Part shown: positions 1 to 10,343 of the stretch, in pieces
Position numbering within the stretch: the first letter of the stretch is position 1
Layout: the number at the start of each line of letters is the position of its first letter
NCBI GenBank assembly: GCA_902385625.1
Contig: CABMGE010000007.1
Coordinates: 1,565 to 65,564, forward strand
Source: an uncultured archaeon
GTDB taxonomy: Archaea; Nanobdellota; Nanobdellia; Pacearchaeales; GW2011-AR1
DNA: 64,000 nt
Reading direction: 5' to 3'
Notes under the pieces: generated by a model
Seen by the model: only the letters and a program-made list of their open reading frames with translations
Database searches by the model: none
Told to the model about the DNA's origin: nothing
Program-made: the position numbers and the translations under genes

Positions 1-637
1 AAAGGATGATGGAAATAAATACTATAATCAGGATTATAATCAAATAATTTTTGAAAGAAAAAATTATGATGTTGTAATTGAAAGCATGCAATTAAATCCT
101 GAAGATGGAATTTTATGTGGAGACTATGTTGATGCTACTATTGGACTTAGAAATCAAGGAACGGTAGATGAAAATATAAGAATTAGTCTTGACAGCCCTG
201 GCTTAAAATTAAGCCAGCAATCAGAATGGATAACTGTTGAAAAATATGAGAATGATAATACTGCAAAGAGTAAATTCACTTTCCAGGTTCCAAGAGCCAT
301 ACAATCAGGAAACTATACTGTAAAAGCAAGTTTTACTTTTGTAAACAATAGTGTAATTTCTGAAGAAAGATCAATTAATGTTGAATGCAAGCAGGAAATA
401 ACACAAACAACTCCTGTTGAAACAATAAAACTTGGGCAAAAAGCTCTTCCTGCAATTCCTGTACAAAAGGATAATACTGCAATATTTTTGATAATAAGTT
501 CTATTATGATTACTGCGGTTATGGTAATTTTTGTAGTTGGATTTATTTATAGAAACAAAGCAATGAGAAGAATAGCACTTGAAAGACATGCAAGAAAAGA
601 AATGGAAAGTGCGATTAGAAAGGTTAGAAGAAAATAA
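1..637 (+). CDS. C-terminal part of a surface protein (Ig/CARDB-like domain plus C-terminal TM anchor), probably truncated by the window start
   Basis: Beta-rich segment (ATIGLRNQG...FTFQVP...GNYTVKA) followed by hydrophobic helix and basic tail; frame appears open upstream of 86. Confidence 0.6.
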   Translation, partial: KDDGNKYYNQDYNQIIFERKNYDVVIESMQLNPEDGILCGDYVDATIGLRNQGTVDENIRISLDSPGLKLSQQSEWITVEKYENDNTAKSKFTFQVPRAIQSGNYTVKASFTFVNNSVISEERSINVECKQEITQTTPVETIKLGQKALPAIPVQKDNTAIFLIISSIMITAVMVIFVVGFIYRNKAMRRIALERHARKEMESAIRKVRRK

Positions 638-734
638 GACTGCAGAATTATCTTAAATAAATTAATCTAATTTTGTTAACATCATCATTGAGATAATACA
701 AATTTTTAAAAAGGATTTTTAATATATAACTAAC

Positions 735-950
735 ATGGATACTACTCAACAAAAACCTGGTAATTTGGAAAAGGGAATAGTTTATACAACTAGTGCATTA
801 TTTTTAGATGTAATTGCAGGAATAGCTTTTACTGGAAAACCTTTTCATGAGGCAATTGGAATTGAATTACCAAGCTATCTTCAAACAACAGAAGATATGA
901 TGATTGGACTTGGAATGGCTTATTCTATTTTAAAAGGATATTATCGATAA
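735..950 (+). CDS. small membrane hypothetical protein
   Basis: 71 aa ORF, two hydrophobic segments, TATA-like tttttaaaa upstream. Confidence 0.5.
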   Translation: MDTTQQKPGNLEKGIVYTTSALFLDVIAGIAFTGKPFHEAIGIELPSYLQTTEDMMIGLGMAYSILKGYYR

Positions 951-969
951 AAGTTAAAATCTTTGGATA

Positions 970-2127
970 TTATTTCAATTCAACATTCATCTTATGAAGA
1001 TCTGTTTTTATTGAATTTATAACTTCTCTTTTGTTTTGCTCCATTTTTTCTGATTTCTTTTTTTCCTTTGAGTTTTCCTCTTCGAGATCTGACATTTGCT
1101 GCTTTATTTTTTTAATCTTTTCTTCAAGAGCAAGTATCTTATTTTTTTGTTCACCTGACACATTATAGCTGTTTAGTTCTTTATTTTTTTCAATTATGCC
1201 GTTTATTTTTTTAATTATCAGATGATCATTTTTTCCTGCTTCTTCAAGAAGCCTTACAAGTTTTATTCCATTATCTTTTTCAAATGACTCATTAAAATTA
1301 AGACTGTATTCATTTATTGCATTCATTTTTTTAGGATCATAGTGAAAGACATTTGCAAGTGCCTTAAAATCAATCATTTGCTTTAGTTCATAAAGAGTTT
1401 TTTCAAGTTCTTTTCTTTTGTTTTCTGATTCCTCGTTTGTTTTAATTTCCTCTGCATATTTATCAGAAGTTTTTATTTTTTCTATTTCTTCTTCGCTGTT
1501 TATTTTTTGAACTTCAAGAAGGGATATTTTTTTCATATTATTTAAAACAAGGTCATTTATTTCATCCCTTAAATCTTCAATTTGTTTTGCCTGATCTTTT
1601 TTTGTTTGTACTGAAAAAAGCCTTTCAGAAGAATCAAGAGAATCCTGATTTTCAAGAATTATTGTGTTTAAATCAGTTAAAAACCTGGATATAGAATCTT
1701 TTATTGCACCGAGTTCCTTTCCAATCAAGAATGTTGCTTTTTCATAGTTCATAAATGATCTTTTTTCAAAATCATCTATTATTTTAAGTATTGTTACAGT
1801 AAGTTCATTATCATCAGGTTCAATAGAAGTTAGAGATTCTATCATTCTATCTAGGTTTATTATATATTTTTCAAGGTTATTACTTACAATTAGTTTTGCC
1901 CTTTCATCTGATCTTATCTCTCTTAAATCAACTTTTTCAAGAATGATTGATTTTTCTTCAAGTTCTTTTGTAAACTCTAGAAGCCTTTTTTTAACTATAG
2001 ACTCAAATTCTGCTTTTTTATCCTCTAGTTCCTTTTTTTTATCTTCTATAAATGAATCTAATTCATTTAATGCGATTATTTGCTTTCTTGTATTTGTTTT
2101 TTTCTTCCAAAAATCAAATATTCCCAT
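970..2127 (-). CDS. coiled-coil hypothetical protein
   Basis: Long E/K-rich ORF; likely start MGIFDFWKKK at 2127. Confidence 0.7.
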   Translation of the reverse strand: MGIFDFWKKKTNTRKQIIALNELDSFIEDKKKELEDKKAEFESIVKKRLLEFTKELEEKSIILEKVDLREIRSDERAKLIVSNNLEKYIINLDRMIESLTSIEPDDNELTVTILKIIDDFEKRSFMNYEKATFLIGKELGAIKDSISRFLTDLNTIILENQDSLDSSERLFSVQTKKDQAKQIEDLRDEINDLVLNNMKKISLLEVQKINSEEEIEKIKTSDKYAEEIKTNEESENKRKELEKTLYELKQMIDFKALANVFHYDPKKMNAINEYSLNFNESFEKDNGIKLVRLLEEAGKNDHLIIKKINGIIEKNKELNSYNVSGEQKNKILALEEKIKKIKQQMSDLEEENSKEKKKSEKMEQNKREVINSIKTDLHKMNVELK

Positions 2128-2242
2128 AAAAATAAAGAATCGCAGAGGTATATAAGAATTTGTGTAGTGATCTTCCAAATTCTTAATAACACCATATTTC
2201 CAGGGAATAAATGTTTATATATTAATTTTGGCTGATAAATTA

Positions 2243-3295
2243 ATGAAAAAGGGGTATCTAAATAGAAAGTCACAGGTGACTGTTTTTGTTATACTTGCAA
2301 TTGTTATAGTTATTGGTGTTGGAGCATTTTTATTCTTGAATAATAATAAAACCAATGGAACAAATGAAATCAATGCTCCTGTTTCTGATTATGTTCAATT
2401 ATGCATTGAAAAAACTGTGAATGAGGGTCTAAAGACAATTATGTTCCAGGGAGGATACTATAATTCTCCAGAAAAATCAACTGAGTATTTTTTTACTAAA
2501 ATTCCTTATTATTTTTATCTTGGAGAGGTTAATATTCCTGATAAGAAAACAATTGAAAATGAATTATCAGAGTATATTCAAAATGAACTTCCTTCTTGCA
2601 CTTCAAATCTTAGTGTTTTTGAAAATCAAGGTTATAAAGTTAATTTAGAAAAGCCTGCTGTTAAAACTTCCCTTGGAAAGATAATTAATATGAAAATAAA
2701 ATATCCAATACAAGTATCTTTTGAAGGAAAAACAAGTTATCTTAAGGATTTTAGTTATTCAAAGGAGTTTGATTTTGATAAAATATACAATATAATCAAT
2801 GAATTCTCAGTTGAACATCAGAAAAATCCAGATTTTGTTCCAATTGGTTATTTATCAATACTTGCAAAACAAAATGGATTTAGCTTTAACTTAAACTATA
2901 TCTCTGATGCTGAAGTTGTTTATTCTTTTATTTTTAATGATTTACTAAACAGAAATGAAAGTTTGTTTTATAATTTTGCAGGAAATTATAAATGGGAAAC
3001 TCCAAAACCTCTTGCAAAAGCTGTTCAAATTGAGCCTATTTTATACCAAACTGCTTATGCTGGGAAGGAATTTAATTATCAGGTAAGTGCAAAAGGAGAT
3101 AATCTCCAGTTTTATGACTATACTGGGCTTTTTGATATTGATAGTAATGGAAAAATTAAATTTACTCCAACAGCAGAACAAAGCGGAACTTATGAAATAT
3201 TAATTGAAGCAGAAGATGATTCTGGAAACTCGGATAATTCTATTATGACTCTTCATATAGAAAAAATAACAGAGGAGTTGAATATAACCAAATGA
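2243..3295 (+). CDS. class III signal peptide (pilin-like) surface protein with C-terminal Ig/cadherin-like domain
   Basis: N-terminal RKSQ/VTVFVILAIVIV prepilin-type motif; C-terminal FDIDSNGKIKFTP...GTYEILIEAED. Confidence 0.7.
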   Translation: MKKGYLNRKSQVTVFVILAIVIVIGVGAFLFLNNNKTNGTNEINAPVSDYVQLCIEKTVNEGLKTIMFQGGYYNSPEKSTEYFFTKIPYYFYLGEVNIPDKKTIENELSEYIQNELPSCTSNLSVFENQGYKVNLEKPAVKTSLGKIINMKIKYPIQVSFEGKTSYLKDFSYSKEFDFDKIYNIINEFSVEHQKNPDFVPIGYLSILAKQNGFSFNLNYISDAEVVYSFIFNDLLNRNESLFYNFAGNYKWETPKPLAKAVQIEPILYQTAYAGKEFNYQVSAKGDNLQFYDYTGLFDIDSNGKIKFTPTAEQSGTYEILIEAEDDSGNSDNSIMTLHIEKITEELNITK

Positions 3296-5985
3296 AAAGA
3301 AAACGAATATTTGCAATCATTATGTTTATTCTAATACTAAATTTATTTTTAATTATAGGCTCTACAGCAGAGGATAAAAAGAATGATCCAAATAAAACCT
3401 TTGAAGAAAAAAAGCAACAACTTAACAATATGGGTTTTGATGTTGGAAAAGGAGGTGTTAATCCTGATAATTTTCAGTTATCTCCTGATAAAAAATCAGT
3501 CACTATATTAAAAAATGGAGCCTCTGAACTTATTGATGTAGCTAAAATTAAGGATAAACTTATAATTAAAATACCTGATGGAGCTATTTTAAAAGATGCA
3601 ACAGGCAATGAATATCATTTACCAAAAGATAATAAGGAATTAACTGTTCTTAATGGAAAAATAATTTCTGATAAAGATATTACACTTGGTTCTGAAAGTA
3701 AAATAAACAATGTTAAAATAAATACTAAAAATGATGAAACTGTTTCTATGAATCAAGATGGAGTAATTAATACAAAGGGAAAAGAAGCAGTTCTTACTGG
3801 AAGTGATGGAAAGATAATTGGAAAAATAAATGGAAGGGCTCAAATACAAGACCCTGGAAGCATTCTTTTAAAATCTGATGAAACAGGTACATCTAAGTTT
3901 ACAAATTATAAAGGAAGTATCTTTGAAGTCAGTTCAAATACTATGATTTATACTAAAGAGTCATCTAAAATAAATTCTGCAAAGGATTTTATAAAATATA
4001 ACGGAGATCTTTTAGTTTCAGTAACAAATCATGAAAATCAGATAAAAATATCTGCAAATGACAAGGATTATGGAAATATAGTTGTTCGTGAATTACCAAG
4101 CTCTGCTTCAGTTAGTTTAGATCTTAAACGCGAAGTGAATGGAAAGTCTTTTGATGTATTATTTCAATTTAGTGAAAAACCTCCTATAGTAAAAGGCAAT
4201 ATTGAAGGGCTTGGAACAAATATTGCAACTTTAACTCGGGAAACAAGTCCAAATGTTTCTCCATTTATGATCTATAATGGTAAAGAAATTAGTGAAAAAG
4301 TTGGAGTAATTGGAAATATGAATGATTTTGGAGGATTATCTAAATTTGATAATCCTGAACTTAAGAAATTATTTGTAGAATCAATGTCTACAAAGTTTTT
4401 TAGTAGTGATATAGAAGGTTTGACAAAGGTTCTTGGCAAAAATTCAGAGTTAGAGGGCTTGATAGTTGATCGGGCACTTAGAACAAATGAGGTTAATAGC
4501 AAGTTTGAAAATTTTAATTCTCTTATGGTAATGGCGAGAAATAATCCTGAAGAACAATTAAAATTAGTAAAAGCTTATGAAGGAGTAGTAGATTATAATC
4601 AAATTAACATAATTATGGGAAATGTTCGGAGTATTAGCAATGTTGGAGGTTATTCTAACCTTGATATTTCTGAAATAGCAAAAAATCCAGGCAAGTACAG
4701 TCAGATTGATAAAGAACTTGATAAACAAATAGATGAAATGAAGAGTTTAATACTAGATAATGTAAAAATTGATGGAGTTCCTGACAATTTTAATCGAATG
4801 TCTGATGAAGAAAGGAAACAGGCCCTGGAAAACTCCAAATTTTATAGCGCAAAGAGCTTAAAGACTGTTCTTGATTATTTACAGGGCAATTCTGAGTTGC
4901 AAGATTTAGTTGCAAAAAATACCAAGCTCTCGGAAAACAATCTTGCACTCGATGAAGGTGGTTTTAGACAACTGATTTCTCTTTCGCAAAATCCTGACCT
5001 TACAAAGCAATTATTATCTCTTGCAACTTACAAAGATCCTTCATCTGGATTTGATACTAAGAAAATGAGTGATATTTATTCAAGTCAGAGTTTTGTAGAT
5101 CTTACAAAAAGCATGGATTCAATTGACAGATGGTCTACTGCTCAAAGTATTTATAGAAATCTGGATATTAATGGAATGGGATATACTGACTCAAATATTA
5201 ATCAAGTTGGAAAAGAGATTATTTCAATAAATGAAGATTATTCTAATAGGCTTGTTGCAGATTCCAAAAGCAAAGTAATTATTGCAACAAATCCTGAGTT
5301 TTCAGATCAAACAAAAGACTTAACCCAGGGAATTATAAAAGCAGGTGTAAAGCAAGAAAATTTAGTTAGCTTTGAAGGTGGAGGAGACTCGATTAAAAAG
5401 ATACTTGATAATATAGAAAACACTAATGATGGGCTTATTTATTTTAATAATCATGGCAATGGAGGTTATCAGGTTCTTGGAAAACCTAATCCTGATGGAA
5501 CTATTTCTCCTGATCAAGAGATAAGTTATAAGCAACTTGGAGACAGTTTAATTAAGTCTGCTGAAAAAAATAATGGAGATTTAAGTAAAGTAACAGTTCT
5601 TCTTGATTCTTGTTATTCTTATGACTTTGCCAAGAATCTTTACAACTACATATCTGAAAATGGCAAGGTAGAGCAAATGCCAGTGGTTGTAACCTCTACA
5701 AATCGCGGCCAAGTTGGATTTTCAGGGCTTGCAAAATCAATTGGAGAGGAAGTAGAATCTGGAAAAGGAATTACTCTGGGTAATATTAATTCAGCAGGTA
5801 AAAAAGTCTTTTCATCTGAAGATATGTCAATATTTGTTCCAACAAAAAAAGGTGTTACTGCTATTGGCTCTTCAAATGACCAGGATAAAACAATTAAATC
5901 CAAACCTAGTTCTTCTTCTACTCCAAGTTATATTCAAGTAAGCCAACTAGACAGTTCAATACAACAGGAGTTGTCATATTCCTAA
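3292..5985 (+). CDS. large secreted protein with C-terminal caspase-like (clan CD) peptidase domain
   Basis: Signal peptide; LIYFNNHG and VLLDSCYS motifs match a His-Gly / Cys catalytic dyad. Confidence 0.6.
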   Translation: MKRKRIFAIIMFILILNLFLIIGSTAEDKKNDPNKTFEEKKQQLNNMGFDVGKGGVNPDNFQLSPDKKSVTILKNGASELIDVAKIKDKLIIKIPDGAILKDATGNEYHLPKDNKELTVLNGKIISDKDITLGSESKINNVKINTKNDETVSMNQDGVINTKGKEAVLTGSDGKIIGKINGRAQIQDPGSILLKSDETGTSKFTNYKGSIFEVSSNTMIYTKESSKINSAKDFIKYNGDLLVSVTNHENQIKISANDKDYGNIVVRELPSSASVSLDLKREVNGKSFDVLFQFSEKPPIVKGNIEGLGTNIATLTRETSPNVSPFMIYNGKEISEKVGVIGNMNDFGGLSKFDNPELKKLFVESMSTKFFSSDIEGLTKVLGKNSELEGLIVDRALRTNEVNSKFENFNSLMVMARNNPEEQLKLVKAYEGVVDYNQINIIMGNVRSISNVGGYSNLDISEIAKNPGKYSQIDKELDKQIDEMKSLILDNVKIDGVPDNFNRMSDEERKQALENSKFYSAKSLKTVLDYLQGNSELQDLVAKNTKLSENNLALDEGGFRQLISLSQNPDLTKQLLSLATYKDPSSGFDTKKMSDIYSSQSFVDLTKSMDSIDRWSTAQSIYRNLDINGMGYTDSNINQVGKEIISINEDYSNRLVADSKSKVIIATNPEFSDQTKDLTQGIIKAGVKQENLVSFEGGGDSIKKILDNIENTNDGLIYFNNHGNGGYQVLGKPNPDGTISPDQEISYKQLGDSLIKSAEKNNGDLSKVTVLLDSCYSYDFAKNLYNYISENGKVEQMPVVVTSTNRGQVGFSGLAKSIGEEVESGKGITLGNINSAGKKVFSSEDMSIFVPTKKGVTAIGSSNDQDKTIKSKPSSSSTPSYIQVSQLDSSIQQELSYS

Positions 5986-6022
5986 TTACTATTAATCAAA
6001 AAGGGAAATGGGTTAAACTTCT

Positions 6023-6232
6023 TTAACAATTAACTGATACTCTTTGTTCTTCAATATCTTTTTCAGTTGCTTTGCAAATTTCACAATAGCCAATTTCATG
6101 AATATCTTTTATTTCTAGATTTGCATCGACTTTATGCCTGTAAATCATTACAATCATAACTTCGTTTGTTTCTCTATCTCTAAATGGTGGTTCCTTTAGC
6201 TTTATCTTGCAGTGTGGACATATTCCTAACAT
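6023..6232 (-). CDS. small Zn-ribbon protein
   Basis: CPHC and CEIC pairs. Confidence 0.55.
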   Translation of the reverse strand: MLGICPHCKIKLKEPPFRDRETNEVMIVMIYRHKVDANLEIKDIHEIGYCEICKATEKDIEEQRVSVNC

Positions 6233-6257
6233 TTTGTTTTTCTCCTGTCTATTTAAT

Positions 6258-6277
6258 TAAAATATCGCTCCCGCGAG
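6258..6277. repeat. short hairpin repeat taaaatatcgctcccgcgag, copy 1
   Basis: Identical copy at 10977-10996; variant taaatatcgctttgcga at about 6365. Confidence 0.7.
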
Positions 6278-6409
6278 ATGTCTTTTAGACATTTTGCAAT
6301 TTTTATCAGAAATAAATTCTGCTAAAAATTTTATTTTGAATTTTTTTCTCCTATACATTTAAGTTAAATATCGCTTTGCGAATGTTTATTTGATTTATTT
6401 ATCATGATT

Positions 6410-6706
6410 TTACCCCATAATATGCTCTTCATAATGGTTTAGCATATCCCTGAAAAGCGCTGCGTTTTCATATTCTTCTTTTCCAATTGCTTCGCTTAAC
6501 CGGGATTTTATTTGAGCTCTTATAGTTAATTTTTCCCTTAATTCATTTCTTTCAAATAATATATTTGTTATTGTTTCGAGTTCTGAATCAGTGGATTTTA
6601 CGTTTGAGCTCCATTCATTTTTGAATGCTTTCATGTAATACCATTCAAGTTCGCTTGTATTTTTCTTTTCCAGTTGTTCTTTTGAATATAGTTGTGTCTG
6701 TTCCAT
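6410..6706 (-). CDS. UVR (UvrB/UvrC) motif protein
   Basis: C-terminal LSEAIGKEEYENAALFRD. Confidence 0.6.
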   Translation of the reverse strand: MEQTQLYSKEQLEKKNTSELEWYYMKAFKNEWSSNVKSTDSELETITNILFERNELREKLTIRAQIKSRLSEAIGKEEYENAALFRDMLNHYEEHIMG

Positions 6707-6847
6707 TTCTTTTCTCTTGTTATTTTTATTTTTCTGTTATTTTTTGTTTTTATCCTCGACTTTTTATTAAAAGTATAAGGGAGCTCAAAAGATTTTTCTG
6801 CGTCCCGGGTGGGGGATAGCAGCGAAGTTTTGAGCCGCCTTATAATC

Positions 6848-7255
6848 CTAAATTACTCCCAATCTTTCTGCTTCTTGAGAATATTCTGTATGTTCGAAAT
6901 CGAAATTGAAAAATTCAACAAACTCCTTGAGTACTGTTCTATTTGCATTCATTTTTTTTAAATCTCCAAATACTTTTGCCGTAAAACAATAAGGACAAAC
7001 AGATGCCCTTTTATTCTGACATTTAATACATTTTGTTGAATCAAAGACCCTATCTTCTACTTTTCCGAGGTATTTGTTTAACTTTGGAAGCAGTTCATTT
7101 CTAATATTTGGATAAAGAGTTGACCACGCTTCTATTTCTTGTGTGAGGCATGCAGGACATAATGGATTTGTGACTGCTATGCTACAAACATCGCATAAGA
7201 ATTGCGGTTCAAGACCAAGTGATTTAGTTTTTGTCATGGTAAAAAGAGGATTCAA
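6848..7255 (-). CDS. Cys-rich Zn-binding hypothetical protein
   Basis: Four CxxC pairs (CDVC, CPAC, CIKC, CPYC). Confidence 0.65.
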   Translation of the reverse strand: MNPLFTMTKTKSLGLEPQFLCDVCSIAVTNPLCPACLTQEIEAWSTLYPNIRNELLPKLNKYLGKVEDRVFDSTKCIKCQNKRASVCPYCFTAKVFGDLKKMNANRTVLKEFVEFFNFDFEHTEYSQEAERLGVI

Positions 7256-7514
7256 GCGCAGAAATAATAATAAGCACTTAAATCAGAAACCCGGTTTTTT
7301 TATAAAAACAAACTGGTTTTGTCGACGCACATCTAATGGTCATTACCTTTACTTGCCAATTATGCAGGTCTAACCTACTTGTTTTCATAGTATATCTAGT
7401 ATCTTCGAGTTTATATATTTTTTGCTCGTCTTATTCATTATCAATCAGTAGCAAAGGTCTATTTTTGAATTTCTAATTATAGTTGTTTTTATTTTAAGTA
7501 AATTAAACTTTAAA

Positions 7515-7595
7515 ACAATTTTAAGCAAGATTTACTCTTGGTAGAAATTGCTAACTGTGCGAAAGCACTTTAAAGTCTCTGCGAAGCAGATTACC
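7515..7595. repeat. structured intergenic repeat with mini-hairpins, copy 1
   Basis: aaattgctaactgtgcgaaagcactttaaagtctctgcgaagcagattacc, near-identical at 20415-20466. Confidence 0.8.
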
Positions 7596-7774
7596 CTATA
7601 CTTTGCAAGTATAAACTCGAAAAGATAGCTATTTTATTCGAAGTGAATTCGACTAAAACAGGAATTAGGATAAATTTATCTTAGATATTTTTTATAAAAA
7701 AGTAATTATTATACTCGAAAATATATTTTATTTTTTAGTAAAGGTTTATAAGGGATAAAAAGTGAATCAAGCTT

Positions 7775-8179
7775 ATGACAGAAATATCAAAACCTGAAAT
7801 AGTGCATTATCCTGTAATAAGAGTTGTGACTCCGCAAGATTGGGAAGGAATAGACTTTCCAAAAATTTGCAGACCTACAAGAACTAGAAAGCATTATGAG
7901 ACACTCGTTTTCAATGGTCATTTCAATCCAAGAGTTTATGGTGTTTTTGCTGATGAACCAATTGAAAGTTTATTTGAATTATTATATAAAAAACAAAATG
8001 AATGGAATCATGCATCTACTAAAAACATTGGAGTTGTTTATAATTCTGAAGAACACAAGAAAAGATTTCCAAAAAGAACTGAACTTGGTTCAATTACAGA
8101 GGCAAGTCCTGAAGATATAGAGAAATTTACAGGTTTTATTGAACAAATCAAGTCTGGAACTTATAACTCTTATCACTAA
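7775..8179 (+). CDS. hypothetical protein
   Basis: 134 aa ORF preceded by tttataa TATA box. Confidence 0.6.
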   Translation: MTEISKPEIVHYPVIRVVTPQDWEGIDFPKICRPTRTRKHYETLVFNGHFNPRVYGVFADEPIESLFELLYKKQNEWNHASTKNIGVVYNSEEHKKRFPKRTELGSITEASPEDIEKFTGFIEQIKSGTYNSYH

Positions 8180-8181
8180 AA

Positions 8182-9108
8182 CTATTTTTTCTTCTTAGGT
8201 TTTTCTTCTAAGGGCCTGGGTTTTATTCTTCCAACAATATGTTCGCCTTTTCTTTTTAATAATTCTGAAAGAGCAAAGAAGGTTAAAATAGCTCCTGCAA
8301 TTGCTGAGAAAACAATTGCATTGTCTTTAAGTCTTGTTAAAATCGACTTTGTTGTTGAAGAATCAACTTTAGCTTTTTGATCATTATATTCATCATTTGC
8401 AAGTTTGATATTTGCTTTTGCATTTTTTATATCTTCATTTAATAGATTTGAATCAATTGACCTGAGGTAACTTTTTAATTGATCTAGATTGACTTTTGAA
8501 ACATCATAGTTATTATCTTTTTTATCATAGTAATCTGATTCAAGATTCGAATATTTATCCTTTAAATCAGATAATTGCGAAGATAAATTTGCAAGAGTTT
8601 CTTGTTTTTCAGCCTCAACTCTTTGCTGTTCTTCAAGATCTTCTTTTGACTGGCTAAGAACAGTTACATTCTGATAGAAAACATTGTTATCTATTTTTAT
8701 TGTAAGAGTTATATTTCCAGGTTGCTTAAAATTTCCAGTAACAATAATATAATCTCTTGCCTGAAAATCAAGAGTATCTATTGGAACAATATCATAAGTT
8801 GAATAACCTTCTCCAGAAACAATTGCAATCAAGTTTGTTTTTGATTCTTTTTCATTGTTTCTCACACGTATATTTAATTGCACATCTCCTATTTTGAAAG
8901 TATCCGGAACAATTCCTATTAGTGAAACAGATTCGTTTAATTCTGAAGAATTTTTATCATAACCATTTGTATAGTTTGAAGAAGGATATTCAGTGGAATT
9001 ATTATTAATTCCTGTTGAATTATCCGAGATATTTTGAGAAGAAACCAGTATTACTAGAGAAAATAGTAGTAAAACAGCAATTATTCCAGTTAAATATATA
9101 TTTTTCAT
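8182..9108 (-). CDS. secreted/membrane-anchored protein with Ig-like and coiled-coil regions
   Basis: Signal peptide, N-glycosylation sequon-rich linker, coiled coil, C-terminal TM helix. Confidence 0.7.
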   Translation of the reverse strand: MKNIYLTGIIAVLLLFSLVILVSSQNISDNSTGINNNSTEYPSSNYTNGYDKNSSELNESVSLIGIVPDTFKIGDVQLNIRVRNNEKESKTNLIAIVSGEGYSTYDIVPIDTLDFQARDYIIVTGNFKQPGNITLTIKIDNNVFYQNVTVLSQSKEDLEEQQRVEAEKQETLANLSSQLSDLKDKYSNLESDYYDKKDNNYDVSKVNLDQLKSYLRSIDSNLLNEDIKNAKANIKLANDEYNDQKAKVDSSTTKSILTRLKDNAIVFSAIAGAILTFFALSELLKRKGEHIVGRIKPRPLEEKPKKKK

Positions 9109-9158
9109 TAATAGGATTATAATCCTGTGCTTAAAAATATTGCCCCCTGAATATTTCT

Positions 9159-10121
9159 TTAATTAAATAGCTCGCTTAAACTTTCTCCTTCACTAGTCCT
9201 ATAAATTGCTTCTGCAAATAATGGGATAAATGAAATTATCTCAACATTTTTTCCAGGAGTTTCAGGAAGCTTTAAAGTGTCTCCTACAAAAAATAAGTCA
9301 AAACAATCAGTTACTTTTTTTACTCCTTCTGTAAATAATCCATGAGTGCAATAGCCATAAGTTTTTAGTGCTCCTGCATTTTTTGCATATTCACATGCTT
9401 TAATAAGTGTTCCACCAGTGTCTACCATATCGTCAACAATAAAAACATTTTTATCTTTTATATCTCCGAGTATTTTAAAACTTTCAACTTCATTTGCTCT
9501 TTCCCTTGATTTGTAGCCTACAGCAACTTCTGTTATTCCTAGTTTTTTTGCAAAAGCTTTTGCTCTTGGTGCTCCTCCTGCATCTGTAGACATTATAACT
9601 AGATTTTCAAGGATCTTTGGATGATTTTCCTTGAGATGTTTTATAACAACAGGATAAGAGGAAAGATTATCTACTGGAACTGTATAAAATCCATCTATTG
9701 AGGAATTATGAAAATCAATTGTCAAGACTCTGTCTGCATAAAGACTTATAACATCTGCTACAACACTTGCAGAAATAGGAACTCTGGATTCATCTTTTCT
9801 ATCTTGTCTTGAGAACTTAAGATATGGAAACACATTGATTATTTCCTGTGCTGAAGATTTTTTAAGGCCCTGATTAATTAAACATAACTCTAAAAACCAG
9901 TCTGCAGGTCTTGAATTTGGATTGTGTATGAAGTAGCAATTTCTTTTTCTTACATTTAATTCAATTTTTGGTTTTATTTCACCATCTTTGAATCTTTTTA
10001 TATCGATCTTATTTAATTCAAACCCATTATTTCCTTTTTTAAGTTCCTGAGAGATTCCTTTTGCAAATTCCCAACCATAACCTTGTGGGTCTGCAAGGAG
10101 AGCGCATTTATGTACTGGCAT
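9159..10121 (-). CDS. prs: ribose-phosphate pyrophosphokinase
   Basis: RFKDGE, PYLKFSRQDRK, DAGG, VFIVDDMVDTGGTL, THGLF motifs. Confidence 0.95.
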   Translation of the reverse strand: MPVHKCALLADPQGYGWEFAKGISQELKKGNNGFELNKIDIKRFKDGEIKPKIELNVRKRNCYFIHNPNSRPADWFLELCLINQGLKKSSAQEIINVFPYLKFSRQDRKDESRVPISASVVADVISLYADRVLTIDFHNSSIDGFYTVPVDNLSSYPVVIKHLKENHPKILENLVIMSTDAGGAPRAKAFAKKLGITEVAVGYKSRERANEVESFKILGDIKDKNVFIVDDMVDTGGTLIKACEYAKNAGALKTYGYCTHGLFTEGVKKVTDCFDLFFVGDTLKLPETPGKNVEIISFIPLFAEAIYRTSEGESLSELFN

Positions 10122-10343
10122 TTTTCACCTTTTTTATGATTTTTATAAAATCAGAGAAATTTTGTGGTTTAAATGGATTACTGTTGTGAAGTATATCTTA
10201 GCTGCTTTATTTGCAGGATTATTCTTTGAAATCAAGGGTGTATTTTTAAAGGTTTGCCTTATACTTAGATAATCTTTAAAAACATGAAAGAATTAGTACT
10301 CTTGTGGTGATGGTTCGCCAGAAGCCTTATTTCTGAGAATATT

